Source of the DNA: a virus
Reading direction: 5' to 3' (one strand)
DNA: 64,000 bases
Virus record (IMG/VR): IMGVR_UViG_3300042731_008016
Span: 1-64,000 of that record
The first letter of the stretch is position 1. Each line of letters begins with the position of its first letter. The notes below the pieces were generated by a model, which was not told where the DNA came from, did not search any database, and saw nothing but the letters and a program-made list of their open reading frames with translations. The translations under genes were made by a program, and so were the position numbers. Positions 30,998 through 41,587 of the stretch are shown here, piece by piece.

Positions 30998-31252
30998 ATT
31001 AGGTAAGCAAATCGAAGGTTCACAGTTTGCCAGTAAAATCTTTGGCGATAGTCCTACTAAAACAGAAGTCATTAAAGAAAGCTAAAAAAAGAGGAGGTAA
31101 AAAGAAATGAAAAATATACTTTTAATCTTAATGGGGGTTTTAATCGGTTTGATTGTGGGTGGAACATTCTACTCAAATAAATACCTAGAACTTTATGACA
31201 AATATGAAAGTCGAGGAGAAGCATTACTAATATTTAACAGAGCTTTAAAACA

Positions 31253-31549
31253 ATGCTCAAAATAACAGGAAAAATTGCTACCAGAGAGGTTTTCATTGAC
31301 GATGTAAAGCTCCATCCAGATGAAAGCCAGAAATTATACAATCATAGCCCCGACGGGTTTGCATGGGGCTATGGTGGCTCTGGACCGAGCCAGTTAGCTT
31401 TAGCAATTATGCTCAAATGCACAGATGCTAAGCAGGCTCAACGGCTATACCAGGACTTTAAAGCAGATATTATAGCCGAGTTACCAAAAGATGATGACTT
31501 CACCCTTTGGTTCGATTTTGAACAATGGTTGGAAGACAGGAGAAAATAA
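31253..31549 (+). CDS. DUF6166-like protein
   Basis: NHSPDGFAWGYGGSGPSQLALAI signature. Confidence 0.75.
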   Translation: MLKITGKIATREVFIDDVKLHPDESQKLYNHSPDGFAWGYGGSGPSQLALAIMLKCTDAKQAQRLYQDFKADIIAELPKDDDFTLWFDFEQWLEDRRK

Positions 31550-31550
31550 T

Positions 31551-31913
31551 ATGAACATAAAAACAAAGAAAGTCTACTACTGCGAATTCTGTAAAAAGCA
31601 TGGGTTGCGAAGAGACAGTATCGAACAACACGAAAGATACTGTACTGCTAATCCAAAAAGAGAATGCAGAATGTGTGAAGACGTTGATCCTGATATAGAT
31701 TTTGAGATCACTGGTAAAAAAGAACCAGGGTGGGCTAGTGATTATGTTGTTAAATCTATTGTAGTTGGAGATGAATGTCCAGCCTGTATTCTAGCTTTTA
31801 TTAGAAGAAATAAAATTGATGTAGTTAAAACCAAAGACGGTAAAGAGTGGAATTATAAAGAGGCCGTCGAGAAATGGTGGGCAGAAAGAAACGCAAATGA
31901 AAACTATTACTAA
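31551..31913 (+). CDS. Zn-binding hypothetical protein
   Basis: YYCEFCKK...HERYC...CRMC...CPAC. Confidence 0.55.
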   Translation: MNIKTKKVYYCEFCKKHGLRRDSIEQHERYCTANPKRECRMCEDVDPDIDFEITGKKEPGWASDYVVKSIVVGDECPACILAFIRRNKIDVVKTKDGKEWNYKEAVEKWWAERNANENYY

Positions 31914-32424
31914 AACAACCAGTTGCGACTGTAAAAAATGTAAGCAATGTTGCTGGAGAAGCATGGGCTGGTTCGGCTCTATTAAAGAAATTGAGGGTGC
32001 AGCTTTAATAAAGGGAATGTCTGTTAAAGATTTTGCTAAAGAATATTTAATAAGGGAATGGTGGGTTGGTGATGAAGATATCTATGTGCCAGCTCCTAGA
32101 AAAAACTTTTCAAGATATATAGATGAACTAAAAGAAGTACATAAATTTTATAAAAAACATAAAAGCAACTTATTCAAAGAACAACACGAAAAAAATGGTA
32201 AAGGTTTTAAAGTAGCCAGTTGGGGACACAATTTAATGAGTGGGTATGCTTGTATCTTCTTAACTAAAGACCAAAAATGTGGAATTCATGCAAGCAAACC
32301 AAGAGAATGCAAAAGAGCTTTTGCCTGTCAACCTGCTACTAAAAACGATATTAATATCAGAGAAAAAATAGTCAAATATTGGGCTAAACATCAAGATTAC
32401 GTTAATAAATTATTGGAGAATTAA
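31897..32424 (+). CDS. YkgJ-family CxxCxxCC protein
   Basis: CKKCKQCC...CIFL...CGIHASKPREC. Confidence 0.7.
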   Translation: MKTITKTTSCDCKKCKQCCWRSMGWFGSIKEIEGAALIKGMSVKDFAKEYLIREWWVGDEDIYVPAPRKNFSRYIDELKEVHKFYKKHKSNLFKEQHEKNGKGFKVASWGHNLMSGYACIFLTKDQKCGIHASKPRECKRAFACQPATKNDINIREKIVKYWAKHQDYVNKLLEN

Positions 32425-33843
32425 TATGAATATAGAGACCTATTTTAATATCTTGCTTATAATTATTTTGCATATAGCCTGTATTTTCTCAAAAGAACTT
32501 TTTAGAGTAGTGGTTCTTATCTATTTATTTTTAATAATACTCATTCTAGTTAGTGCGAAAGGATCATTATGTTAAGAGTCTTAAAATATGGCACGGGTCA
32601 TCCAATTCCAGAGGGAGCAATCTATCTTTGCACTAAAACTGAAACCGTCACTAAACCTGGTAGTTTTGAGGGAGTGAGCCACTGCACATTTAAAAGAAAT
32701 GTTTTAGTCTGGCACTATTTTTTAGTTGAAGACAATACTAATAATAAAAATACAAAAGTCTTACCACCAAGACCAAATCCAGGAGATTAAACTATGTCAA
32801 CAAATAAAAATAAAAACTCTTACGATAAATTAATTGAAAGCTTAATTACTCTTCACAAAGAATATCAAGCTGGCTGTGTAGAAGCAAAAATAAAATTTAG
32901 ATTCAACGTAAAATACTTTGTTAAATTTTCAGTAAGTAATGATGAAAAAGAACTTCAGGGAAATAATGAACTTCTAGAACTACTTGAAACTGCAAAAAAT
33001 GCTCTCAGAAGCTACCAATATCACAATGCTTCGCCAGATTTAGCAAAGGAAGTGGCAGATAAAATTGAATCAGTTATTAAAGAGGAATAAAAAAATATGC
33101 CAGCCAAAAAGAAAAAACTCAGTGAGGAAATCAATGAATTACTAGAAATGGGTAAAAAGCGATTAGCTTTCAGAAGTGCCATCAGTGGCTTTATGGAAAT
33201 GTACGCTAAATACCCAAAAGATAAAGAAAAATATCTTGATAAACTCTTAGAGTTTTTAGATGAAACAACAAGAAATAATCAAAAAGTTGAAGAGGGTGAA
33301 GTCATTGATGCAGATGATCTACCCTTTTAAGGAGAATTATGAAAAATAAACAAATTTTATTTATCTTTGCTAATATCTGGTTAATTGTTAGTTTAACTTT
33401 ACCAGTAGACAGGGCGTTTGATTCAATGATTGCCCTCGTAATGGGTTTAATATGTCTTTATAAATCAACTCAAGAAAGAAAAAAATGAAAAAAATATCTA
33501 AAACATATCTATGGTGGATCGAAAATAAAGACGGTGCAAGTCAGGGTGAATTCAAGAGTCTACAAGAGGCTAAGAATGCTATTAAAGAGGGAATAGAGTC
33601 TGGTTGGTTAAGTGAAGAGGGTGAGTGGAAACCTATTAAACATGAAGCAGAACCATGTCCGACTTGCGGAAGACCCACTCCAAAGGTTATCATAAGGGGA
33701 GTAGGAGAATGTCTTAGATGCGATCATGTAAGAGGCGACCTGTAATAGGTTCCGAAGCGAGGGTGGTGGCGGGGAGATCTCAAAACTGCGCTCGTCTCAG
33801 AGTCTATTACAGAGTCTAATCAAGAAAATTAGGAGAATAAACT

Positions 33844-34164
33844 ATGCCTGTAATGTGGAAAAATAAAACTAAACGCCCAGTTTACTGGGAATACAAAGAT
33901 GGAGAAAGCTCTAAATTTTGGGCTGCTCATATCATAAAACAACCAAAACCAGATAATACACCTACTGGCGAACTTGTTCCTCGTTTTTCAGGCACAGCCA
34001 CTTCAGCAGTTCCTATGTACTATGTCCTCATTAGAAAATGGGGAAGAATTGGCACCAAAGGTCAAAAAATGGAACAAACTTTCAACGATATTTATCAAGC
34101 AGAAAAAGCCCTCGATGTTCTAATCAGGGAAAAACAAAGTAAGGGATACAAACCAATCTTTTAA
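33844..34164 (+). CDS. WGR-domain protein
   Basis: SSKFW...RKWGRIGTKGQ...EKQSKGY. Confidence 0.8.
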   Translation: MPVMWKNKTKRPVYWEYKDGESSKFWAAHIIKQPKPDNTPTGELVPRFSGTATSAVPMYYVLIRKWGRIGTKGQKMEQTFNDIYQAEKALDVLIREKQSKGYKPIF

Positions 34165-34342
34165 TATGAAACAGGTCACTATAAAAACTGCCCAAAAAAG
34201 TGAACCAAAAGATAAAAGATGTGCGTGTGGTGAAAAAGATAAACAAGGAAATTCAAGATGGGCAAATTATTGCCAGTGGTGTCAAAGTCAAAATACAGAA
34301 TTAAGAAAACGCCTACATGGTGGAAATTAAAAAGGAGAATTT

Positions 34343-34708
34343 ATGTCGGAAATTGATCGACTCAAAATATTAGAAAGCATGTCTGAAAAGCTAGATGGTA
34401 ATACTATCTACAAGAGAACCCATTGGATTATCATGGACAAAAAAAGAAAACTTATTGTTAAAGACAGACTAGGTAGAAGAGGTAAATATCTTTGCTTTTT
34501 AGATAAAGAAGAAGACTTAAAAAAGAGAATAGTCACCTATTCAACTGGTGGTGTAACTAAAAGATCTATTAAAACAACTGGGTTTTCTGTTTATGCTGAT
34601 GTTCGTGCATATTTAGAAAAAGAATACAATTTAGATAAAAACGGTTTCTATGGTAATTATAAAAACTGTCTTGAAGCTGTGGAGGCTACTATAATAGTAA
34701 GAATATGA
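34343..34708 (+). CDS. Hypothetical protein
   Basis: AGGAG RBS. Confidence 0.55.
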   Translation: MSEIDRLKILESMSEKLDGNTIYKRTHWIIMDKKRKLIVKDRLGRRGKYLCFLDKEEDLKKRIVTYSTGGVTKRSIKTTGFSVYADVRAYLEKEYNLDKNGFYGNYKNCLEAVEATIIVRI

Positions 34709-34928
34709 GTCAAGAATACATAACACTATTTAACTATAAAGGCAAAGATATCTTGATTAAAAAAGTCAAGGAGCACTTCATTGTTGGAATCAGAGGAGAG
34801 ACTGGAATTGATATCTGGTTGGAGAATGTGAGGTATAATAATTTTAGGTTAGCTCGAACAAGCGGACGAGAGTATGCCAGAATAATAATTGACAAAATAC
34901 TCGTTTCTCGGAAGGAGGAAACCAAAGT

Positions 34929-35663
34929 ATGCCAAGAAAAACAGAAGACCCTTTGATACGGGTGAGTATCAACTGGAAGAAGTGGAAACACCTCTTCAGA
35001 AAAACAGGAGAATTTATACTAAAGACAATTTTGAGAATTTTGACTCTTCTAGTCAGAGGAACATTCATAGTTTACAAGGGATTTAGTAATTTTGCTAAAA
35101 GTAAACAATATGGAATCTGGATCATTTTCCTCATAATTATTCTTTCAGCAGTTGTTAGTTTTAGTGTAAAAGCTCTTTCTATAAAAAAGCAAAGATACGA
35201 AGAGCTTCAACAGTTTAATCAACAACAAATTAAAGAAACTGAAAAACTAATTCAGGAAAATCAAGAGCTCGAGCAAGAACTTGAGCAAACTAAAGAAGAA
35301 CTGGAAGCAGAACTAAATAAACCAGTAACAGTGGCTACGGCCAGGGTAACGGCAAATAAACCCTTACCAGAAGAAATCAAAGGATATGTGGCTACCTACG
35401 CAGATCAGTATGGAGTCAACAGAAAATATCAAGAATGTATCATCACTTGCGAGTCAGGAGGTAATTCAGAAGCAATTGGTGATAACGGAGCAGCGGTTGG
35501 AGTAGCCCAATATCATTTAGGAACCTATTTAGCTGATGCTAAGAGAGCTGGACTACCTGTTCAAGATGACAGACGAGATCCAGAAAAGTCAGTTAAAGCA
35601 ATGGCTGCAGCACTTTCAAGAGGAGAAGACTCGAAGTGGACAGCATCTAAATATTGCAATTGA
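34929..35663 (+). CDS. Membrane-anchored lytic transglycosylase (SLT/lysozyme-like)
   Basis: TM helix, coiled coil, CESGGN...GVAQY catalytic motifs. Confidence 0.7.
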   Translation: MPRKTEDPLIRVSINWKKWKHLFRKTGEFILKTILRILTLLVRGTFIVYKGFSNFAKSKQYGIWIIFLIIILSAVVSFSVKALSIKKQRYEELQQFNQQQIKETEKLIQENQELEQELEQTKEELEAELNKPVTVATARVTANKPLPEEIKGYVATYADQYGVNRKYQECIITCESGGNSEAIGDNGAAVGVAQYHLGTYLADAKRAGLPVQDDRRDPEKSVKAMAAALSRGEDSKWTASKYCN

Positions 35664-35682
35664 CTCATTAATGAGGTATAAT
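35654..35682 (+). promoter_or_regulatory. Sigma70 promoter with palindromic operator in the spacer
   Basis: TTGCAA-17-TATAAT containing ACTCATTAATGAGG. Confidence 0.6.
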
Positions 35683-35713
35683 AGTAAAAATTAAGATAAT
35701 TAGGAGAATTAAT

Positions 35714-36871
35714 ATGCCAGATAAAAAATCTGCCGTTAATGGTAATTTATTTTCAAACAAAATTCTTGGTCTAGTAGATAGAGATCGAGAAATCAAACAG
35801 TTAATGTATGCCCTGTTTACCAAGGAGCACATGCTCTTAATGGGGCCTCCTGGTACTGCTAAATCACTTTTTGCTTCAAACGCTTTCAAAGCTATTGACG
35901 GAGCAAAATTATTTTCCATTCACTTAACCAAACAAACTACAGAAGAATACGTTTTTGGACCACTTAATATCATTGAGCTCAAAAAAGGAAACGTTGTTCA
36001 CAATACTAAGGATTCTATTTTGGAATCTGACTTTGCATTCATCGATGAGTTTTTTGATGCCTCTGACGTGCTCCTAAGATCGCTTTTAGGCGTCTTAAAC
36101 GAACGTGTATGGATGAAGGGTCAACAAAAGATAAATGCCAAGCTTCACACGGCTATCCTGACCTCCAACTACCAAAGAGAAAACGATGTTACCGAAGCTG
36201 TTTTGGATCGTGTGGTATTTAAAGCTGAAATTCAACCAATCACCGCTAAAAGCAAAAGAATGAGAGTTTACAAGGATTATCTTGGAGACTCTAACTTCCA
36301 ACCCCCAAAGATACTTGATCTCAAAAAGCTGAAAGAATTCACTGAGAAAGTGGATGATCCAAAGTCTGTAAAATTTAGCGACGACATTCTAAAGATATTT
36401 GATGAACTAGTCGATGAATATGCTAAAGAAACTAAAAAATACATATCTCAACGTACAGCTAATAAAGCTCTTAAAGTGCTCAAAGCTTCAGCCTTACTTA
36501 ACGGTAGAAAAGAAGTAGTCTACAAAGATATGGAAGAGCTCAAATATGTATTATGTGTGCTGAATAGAAGAGTTGAAGAAGAAGTTTTTGATGCTGTTTA
36601 TGAAAAATATGTTGGCAATGCCGAAGAAGAACAGATAGTTATGACTGACCTCGAAGAAATTGATGAGAAATTTTCTAAAGTTCCAACTAATTTTGATAAG
36701 CTTGGTGATAAAGATTTTGTAGAAAAAATGGCTGAACTCACAGAACTAGTAAATCTCTTAGAGAATATGAACTGTCCAACTCAACGAAGTAAACAAACTA
36801 GGGACAAACTCATGGACAAAATGAGAAAAGTCGTTGATGAAAACAGGGATAAATTATTTAAGAGAAGTTAA
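35714..36871 (+). CDS. MoxR/RavA-family AAA+ ATPase
   Basis: GPPGTAKS Walker A, AFIDEFF Walker B, TTEEYVFGP, AVLDR. Confidence 0.9.
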   Translation: MPDKKSAVNGNLFSNKILGLVDRDREIKQLMYALFTKEHMLLMGPPGTAKSLFASNAFKAIDGAKLFSIHLTKQTTEEYVFGPLNIIELKKGNVVHNTKDSILESDFAFIDEFFDASDVLLRSLLGVLNERVWMKGQQKINAKLHTAILTSNYQRENDVTEAVLDRVVFKAEIQPITAKSKRMRVYKDYLGDSNFQPPKILDLKKLKEFTEKVDDPKSVKFSDDILKIFDELVDEYAKETKKYISQRTANKALKVLKASALLNGRKEVVYKDMEELKYVLCVLNRRVEEEVFDAVYEKYVGNAEEEQIVMTDLEEIDEKFSKVPTNFDKLGDKDFVEKMAELTELVNLLENMNCPTQRSKQTRDKLMDKMRKVVDENRDKLFKRS

Positions 36872-36873
36872 CT

Positions 36874-37311
36874 ATGAGCATTAATACGCATAATCTAATT
36901 GTAGATTTCGGGAAACATAAGGGTGAGCGATGGACTAGAGTACCAGCAAGTTATCTTAGATGGTTAGTCAATCAACCCGAAGAAATCCCAGGAATGGAAA
37001 AAAACAAAGATATTGCAAAAGCTGAACTTGAACGTCGAGGAACTAAGATTGGTAAAGGAATTGTTGAAATTTCAAGTCATGCCATTGATTCGGCAAGCCT
37101 TCGGGTAAGAAAAACGTGGCATGAAACCAGTAATAAAGGAGAGGGTCTATACACTTGGCTACTTAGAATTGCTCAAGAAGCAGTCGAGAGTACCAATGAA
37201 CAACCAGAAAAATTAATATATAAAGGAATTAAATTCGTTTTTAAATGGGGCAATGAATTCCCAGTTTTAAAAACAGTAATGCCAGCTAAACATGAGAGTC
37301 ACAAAAACTAA
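36874..37311 (+). CDS. Protein with FGKHKG...VPxxYLxW domain (DUF3820-like)
   Basis: DFGKHKGERWTRVPASYLRWL. Confidence 0.65.
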   Translation: MSINTHNLIVDFGKHKGERWTRVPASYLRWLVNQPEEIPGMEKNKDIAKAELERRGTKIGKGIVEISSHAIDSASLRVRKTWHETSNKGEGLYTWLLRIAQEAVESTNEQPEKLIYKGIKFVFKWGNEFPVLKTVMPAKHESHKN

Positions 37312-39007
37312 ACTAAAAAAACAAATAAAAGAGCAGATTGCAAGCATGGTCGATGAGTCAGTCGTAGTAGATGACTTTACTTTATCCACTGATTTTGCTG
37401 AAGATCTATACGCATTATTTGCAGAAGAAATAAGTAAGCGTGGTATATTTAAAGGCTATTGGGAATTGTTCAAAGATGTAAAAAATCTATTTATTAGATT
37501 TAAAATCGGTGAGTTAATGAAGAATGTTGAGTTTTACTCACGGGTGAGGCAATTCTTTAGATATTTCATAACCTCAAAGCTTTTCTATGAGCTTGATAAG
37601 CTTGATGCAATGGAAGCCCTAGAAGCATTTCTAAGAATGTTTCAACCACCTCCACCACCAAATCAACCTCAACCAGGACAAGGCCAAGGAAATGATTCTG
37701 AAAATCAAGAAAGTCAACAAGACCAAAATGGTGACGGTCAAGGTAACAGCAAGCAAGATCAAAGCCAGCAAGGTCAAGGAGATCAACAACAAAGTAGTCA
37801 AGGTGATGGTGACGGCCAAGACAAACAGGATGGTCAACAAGGTCAAGGTGAAGGTGATGGAGATGGCAAAGAGAATAATTCAGAAGATGGCAATAGTGAA
37901 GAAGATCAAGATGATTCTCCTGGCAAAAGCAAACAACAACAGGGTAAAAAACAATCTCAACCTCAAAGCGGTAAAGGACAGGGTGGTAACAGTGAAGGGA
38001 AAGGTTCTGGTCAACAGCAACAACAGGGTGGAGATGGCAACCAATCACAACAGCCACCAAGACCACCAAGACGCAATACCCAAGATAAACAAGGCTTGAG
38101 TGCTGATGAAAAAAATCTTCCTATCGATATGACTAAGTTTAGACAAAGCCTTCCTAAAATCGAAAAGGCTATTGCTACTGGCATATTTGATAAAAACGAT
38201 GTGAAAAAATACCTAAATAAAAATGCTGGTATTGCCGAAAATGAACTTAAAGTTCACAACGTTATGGAAATCATTGACAAAATCTCAAGAAATGTTCGTG
38301 AACGTGATATGGATATTTTATATGTAGCCAGAATGAAAGAGGTTACTGAACGCTATCGTAGAGACGAAGTAATTAGTAGTGTTCCCTACCCAGATGATGA
38401 AATGACTATCAAAAATATTGAAGACTCAAATGAATTACTCAGGGTATTGCCAACAGAATTTATTCACGACGATGACGTCTTTATGCAAAAGTTTGTTAAA
38501 AAAGAATTGCAAATTAAGGACTATCAAGCTAGACGTTTAAAAAGACAAGTTTTATATCTCTTGATTGATGTTTCTGGAAGCATGAGGGGTTCAAGAAATG
38601 TCTACGCATCAGGAGTAGCTTTAGCTTTTGTTAGACAAGCTGTAACTGAAGGCTCTACTTATTTCCTACGCTTCTTTGACCACGGAATTAAACAACTAAA
38701 TACGGTCACTAATGAAAAAGAGGCAGAAAAAATGATGGATACTCTTATTAGACAACCTTACTCTGGGGGTGGTACCAGTATCAGCAATGCTCTTAGAACA
38801 GCAGTGAAGGATATTACTTCTGATCCTGAAGGATTTGAGAAAGCTGAAATCATGCTTATCACTGATGGTGAAGATAGTGTTGATTTATCTAAAAAAGATC
38901 TCAAAAAGATTAGGCTACACTCTACAGTCATAGAGGGTAATAATAGAGACCTTGAAGAGTTATCTAACAGTTATGTAGAGCTCAGAGAAAGAGACTTTAA
39001 GAGTTGA
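37292..39007 (+). CDS. VWA-domain protein (ViaA-like) with Gln/Gly-rich linker
   Basis: IDVSGSM MIDAS, GGGT, ITDGED. Confidence 0.9.
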   Translation: MRVTKTKLKKQIKEQIASMVDESVVVDDFTLSTDFAEDLYALFAEEISKRGIFKGYWELFKDVKNLFIRFKIGELMKNVEFYSRVRQFFRYFITSKLFYELDKLDAMEALEAFLRMFQPPPPPNQPQPGQGQGNDSENQESQQDQNGDGQGNSKQDQSQQGQGDQQQSSQGDGDGQDKQDGQQGQGEGDGDGKENNSEDGNSEEDQDDSPGKSKQQQGKKQSQPQSGKGQGGNSEGKGSGQQQQQGGDGNQSQQPPRPPRRNTQDKQGLSADEKNLPIDMTKFRQSLPKIEKAIATGIFDKNDVKKYLNKNAGIAENELKVHNVMEIIDKISRNVRERDMDILYVARMKEVTERYRRDEVISSVPYPDDEMTIKNIEDSNELLRVLPTEFIHDDDVFMQKFVKKELQIKDYQARRLKRQVLYLLIDVSGSMRGSRNVYASGVALAFVRQAVTEGSTYFLRFFDHGIKQLNTVTNEKEAEKMMDTLIRQPYSGGGTSISNALRTAVKDITSDPEGFEKAEIMLITDGEDSVDLSKKDLKKIRLHSTVIEGNNRDLEELSNSYVELRERDFKS

Positions 39008-39016
39008 TAGAACTCT

Positions 39017-39032
39017 TGATTTATGGTATAAT
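39017..39032 (+). promoter_or_regulatory. Extended -10 promoter; probably drives the operon containing the RAMP-like gene
   Basis: GATTTATGGTATAAT. Confidence 0.55.
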
Positions 39033-39055
39033 AAATTAGTAAAATAAGGAGAATT

Positions 39056-39349
39056 ATGAACGAAACTATATATAGAGAAGCAGATTTAGACTATATCTTC
39101 ATAAGAACCCAGTCACCTGATGGACACTGGGGAAATTCCTCCCTCAAAGAAGCCTCTGATAAACAATTTTTAGATTGGCTTACACATAAATTTGGACCAT
39201 TACAAAACTTGGAAAAAATCATCCCTCCTGGAATAATCTGGACAGCAGATAAAAGAGTCAAGTTATTAAACGATCTTCAAGAAAGGCTTGGTTTTTCTGC
39301 AGCTATGATTAAAAGAGAAGCACGTGACGAATTTAATAAAAATATTTAA
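39056..39349 (+). CDS. Hypothetical protein
   Basis: AGGAG RBS. Confidence 0.55.
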   Translation: MNETIYREADLDYIFIRTQSPDGHWGNSSLKEASDKQFLDWLTHKFGPLQNLEKIIPPGIIWTADKRVKLLNDLQERLGFSAAMIKREARDEFNKNI

Positions 39350-39359
39350 AAGGAGAATT

Positions 39360-39635
39360 ATGCTCACACCAAAATATATTGTCAAAAGAGATACCCCAGA
39401 ACTCAAAAAAGGGGCAATTTTAGAAGTTGATGGGTGCTATTCAAATGGTGATTATGAATATACTTGTGAAGATAAATCATCTTGTAAATACGAAGATCAA
39501 GGTGGTGTTACTTATTCTAAATCAGTTGTTGAGAAACAGCCGAAATGGTTTGAAAAAGTAAGCCCAGTTTGGCTCACCAAAGACCAAATGAAAAAATTAA
39601 ATAAGATTTTAAATTTAGGTAAAAAAAGAAAATAA
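39360..39635 (+). CDS. Hypothetical protein
   Basis: AGGAG RBS; DTPELKKGAIL. Confidence 0.55.
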   Translation: MLTPKYIVKRDTPELKKGAILEVDGCYSNGDYEYTCEDKSSCKYEDQGGVTYSKSVVEKQPKWFEKVSPVWLTKDQMKKLNKILNLGKKRK

Positions 39636-39675
39636 GGAAATCTTTATTATCATTTAACAAAGAAAAGGAGAATAT

Positions 39676-40194
39676 ATGAACGAAGATAATCAACTAGAAC
39701 AATTAATTGAAGAGCTTGAGATCGATCAAGATCAAGTCAAACCTATTGAGCTTGGTAAGGGATTAATCGAATATCGAAAATATCTTTGGGCTCTAAAGTT
39801 CATTAATGAAAAAATCGATAGATTAAAAGCTTATAAACTGGAGGTCACAAATGATATCGATCAAGCAATTGCTACCCAAGAAAATAACGTGGCAAGGATT
39901 AAAGACGTTATTGAAAAATCTATCATTGCTGACCCAATTGCGGATCGCACTAAGTCTGGAGGACGAACACTTAGTTTGCCAGATATCGCTACCGTCTCTC
40001 TCAGCAAACTCTCAGAAAAAATCGACATCGAAGACCCAGAAGCAGTCTTAGATGAGCTTGGTGAAGAATATAAAAAAGTTAAAGTTTCTCTAGATACTTC
40101 CAAGGCTAAAAAACATATTCAAGAAACTGGAATATTACCTAAAGGTGCCAGTAAACGAGAAGCTAGAACTTTATCAATTAGATTTAAACGATAG
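39676..40194 (+). CDS. Gam/siphovirus Gp157-like coiled-coil protein
   Basis: Coiled coil, then RTLSLPDIATVSL...KVKVSLD...PKGA. Confidence 0.6.
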   Translation: MNEDNQLEQLIEELEIDQDQVKPIELGKGLIEYRKYLWALKFINEKIDRLKAYKLEVTNDIDQAIATQENNVARIKDVIEKSIIADPIADRTKSGGRTLSLPDIATVSLSKLSEKIDIEDPEAVLDELGEEYKKVKVSLDTSKAKKHIQETGILPKGASKREARTLSIRFKR

Positions 40195-40202
40195 GAGGAT
40201 TT

Positions 40203-40430
40203 ATGGAAGTCAAAGTATTAGACAAACTTTATAAAATAGTAAGTGAATTCCAGGGACAAACCCTAGAAAACGTGGCTTTCTTAAAAAAGACAGTCCACGG
40301 AAAGGAGATACTAACTGCAGAACTTACATTTAAAGATCAAGCAGATGTCAGCAGAATAATGGTGTTTGCTTTAGATCAAGAATTAACTGAAGGAGATCAC
40401 GTAGAAATGGTAGAAAAACTTCTTCAGTAA
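40203..40430 (+). CDS. Hypothetical protein
   Basis: AGGAGG RBS. Confidence 0.55.
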   Translation: MEVKVLDKLYKIVSEFQGQTLENVAFLKKTVHGKEILTAELTFKDQADVSRIMVFALDQELTEGDHVEMVEKLLQ

Positions 40431-40466
40431 AAATTATTATAAGAGAATTTAAAAAGGAAAATTAAT

Positions 40467-41117
40467 ATGCCAATATCAGAAAAAGTACAAATCAATCCCC
40501 TAAAGATCAAAGTAATTGATGTTACCATTGTTGGTACTACTAGCATGATTCAGCATCGTTTTGGTCAAAAAGCTAGAATGCAGATTCTAGAAAAACAAAT
40601 GAGAACTGCTAAAACTGGGAAAAAGCCAGTAAGAGATCCAAATAATGAATTTGAGCAAGGCTTACATGTCATGGAGGAAGGTAAGTTTACCTACACAAAT
40701 AAAGAGAATCCTGGATTGGGTGAAGTTAAGTTCACTGGTAAAGTTGGATTCCCAGCCTTCGGAGTAAAAGCAGCTATAGTTGCAGCAGCTCGAAATGTAG
40801 ATGATCTTCCAATGACTCTATTAAGAGGGGCTCTTTTCCTTAAAGGTGATGAAAACGATTTAATTGAGGTCGAATACAAAAAACTCATTATGAGGGAACA
40901 TACTGTAGTTATTGGAAGAGGAACTACCGATCTAAGATATCGCCCAGAATTGAGAGACTGGACAATGAAATTACAAATTGAATTTAACTCTGACGTTTTA
41001 ACCGTTTCAGAAGTTATCAATCTGCTTTCAATTGCTGGATTCAGTGTTGGTTTGGCAGAGATGAGACCTGGAAAGACTGGTGGAAACTACGGGAAATTCG
41101 AAGTAAAGGAGCAATAA
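40467..41117 (+). CDS. Stand-alone RAMP/Cas7-like RNA-binding protein
   Basis: N-terminal strand VTIVGTTSMIQH; GFPAFGVKAAI (cf. RAMP IPgSsiKGalR); LRYRPE..W; C-terminal Gly-rich loop AGFSVGLAEMRPGKTGGNYGKFEV. Confidence 0.7.
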   Translation: MPISEKVQINPLKIKVIDVTIVGTTSMIQHRFGQKARMQILEKQMRTAKTGKKPVRDPNNEFEQGLHVMEEGKFTYTNKENPGLGEVKFTGKVGFPAFGVKAAIVAAARNVDDLPMTLLRGALFLKGDENDLIEVEYKKLIMREHTVVIGRGTTDLRYRPELRDWTMKLQIEFNSDVLTVSEVINLLSIAGFSVGLAEMRPGKTGGNYGKFEVKEQ

Positions 41118-41118
41118 A

Positions 41119-41571
41119 ATGTCTAAGCTAAAAAGAGTAGAAAAAATTGCAATTGTCTGTGAAAAGATTGAGAAAAGAGATGGTATTCTCACTCCTCAGG
41201 CGGTTGTTGATGAAGCAAAATCATCTACATGTCTAATTCACGATATGTTTGATTGGAATGATATTAGTGCTTCAGAAAAATATCGACTCGGACAAGCTAG
41301 AAAACTAATTAAAGAAGTAACTATTACTTACGAAAACAAAGAGATTCATAGTTATCAAAATGTTTTACTTAAAATTCAAAATCAGCAAGTTCAAGGTTAT
41401 GCTTCAACTGTAAACATTTTGCAAAATGATGATTTGCGAAAACAAGTAATAGCAAAAGCTTTACAAGAACTTTTGTACTGGCAAGCTGAATATGCTAAAT
41501 ACAAAGAATTAGCTGATTTAGTTGATGCTGATAAATTAAACAGTCTTAGCAAAAAACATAAAACTAAATAA
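41119..41571 (+). CDS. Partner protein of the RAMP-like gene
   Basis: Translationally coupled (TAA-A-ATG); GILTPQAVVDEA...HDMFDWND...YRLGQARKLI motif. Confidence 0.7.
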   Translation: MSKLKRVEKIAIVCEKIEKRDGILTPQAVVDEAKSSTCLIHDMFDWNDISASEKYRLGQARKLIKEVTITYENKEIHSYQNVLLKIQNQQVQGYASTVNILQNDDLRKQVIAKALQELLYWQAEYAKYKELADLVDADKLNSLSKKHKTK

Positions 41572-41587
41572 AAGATAAGCTCTTTAA

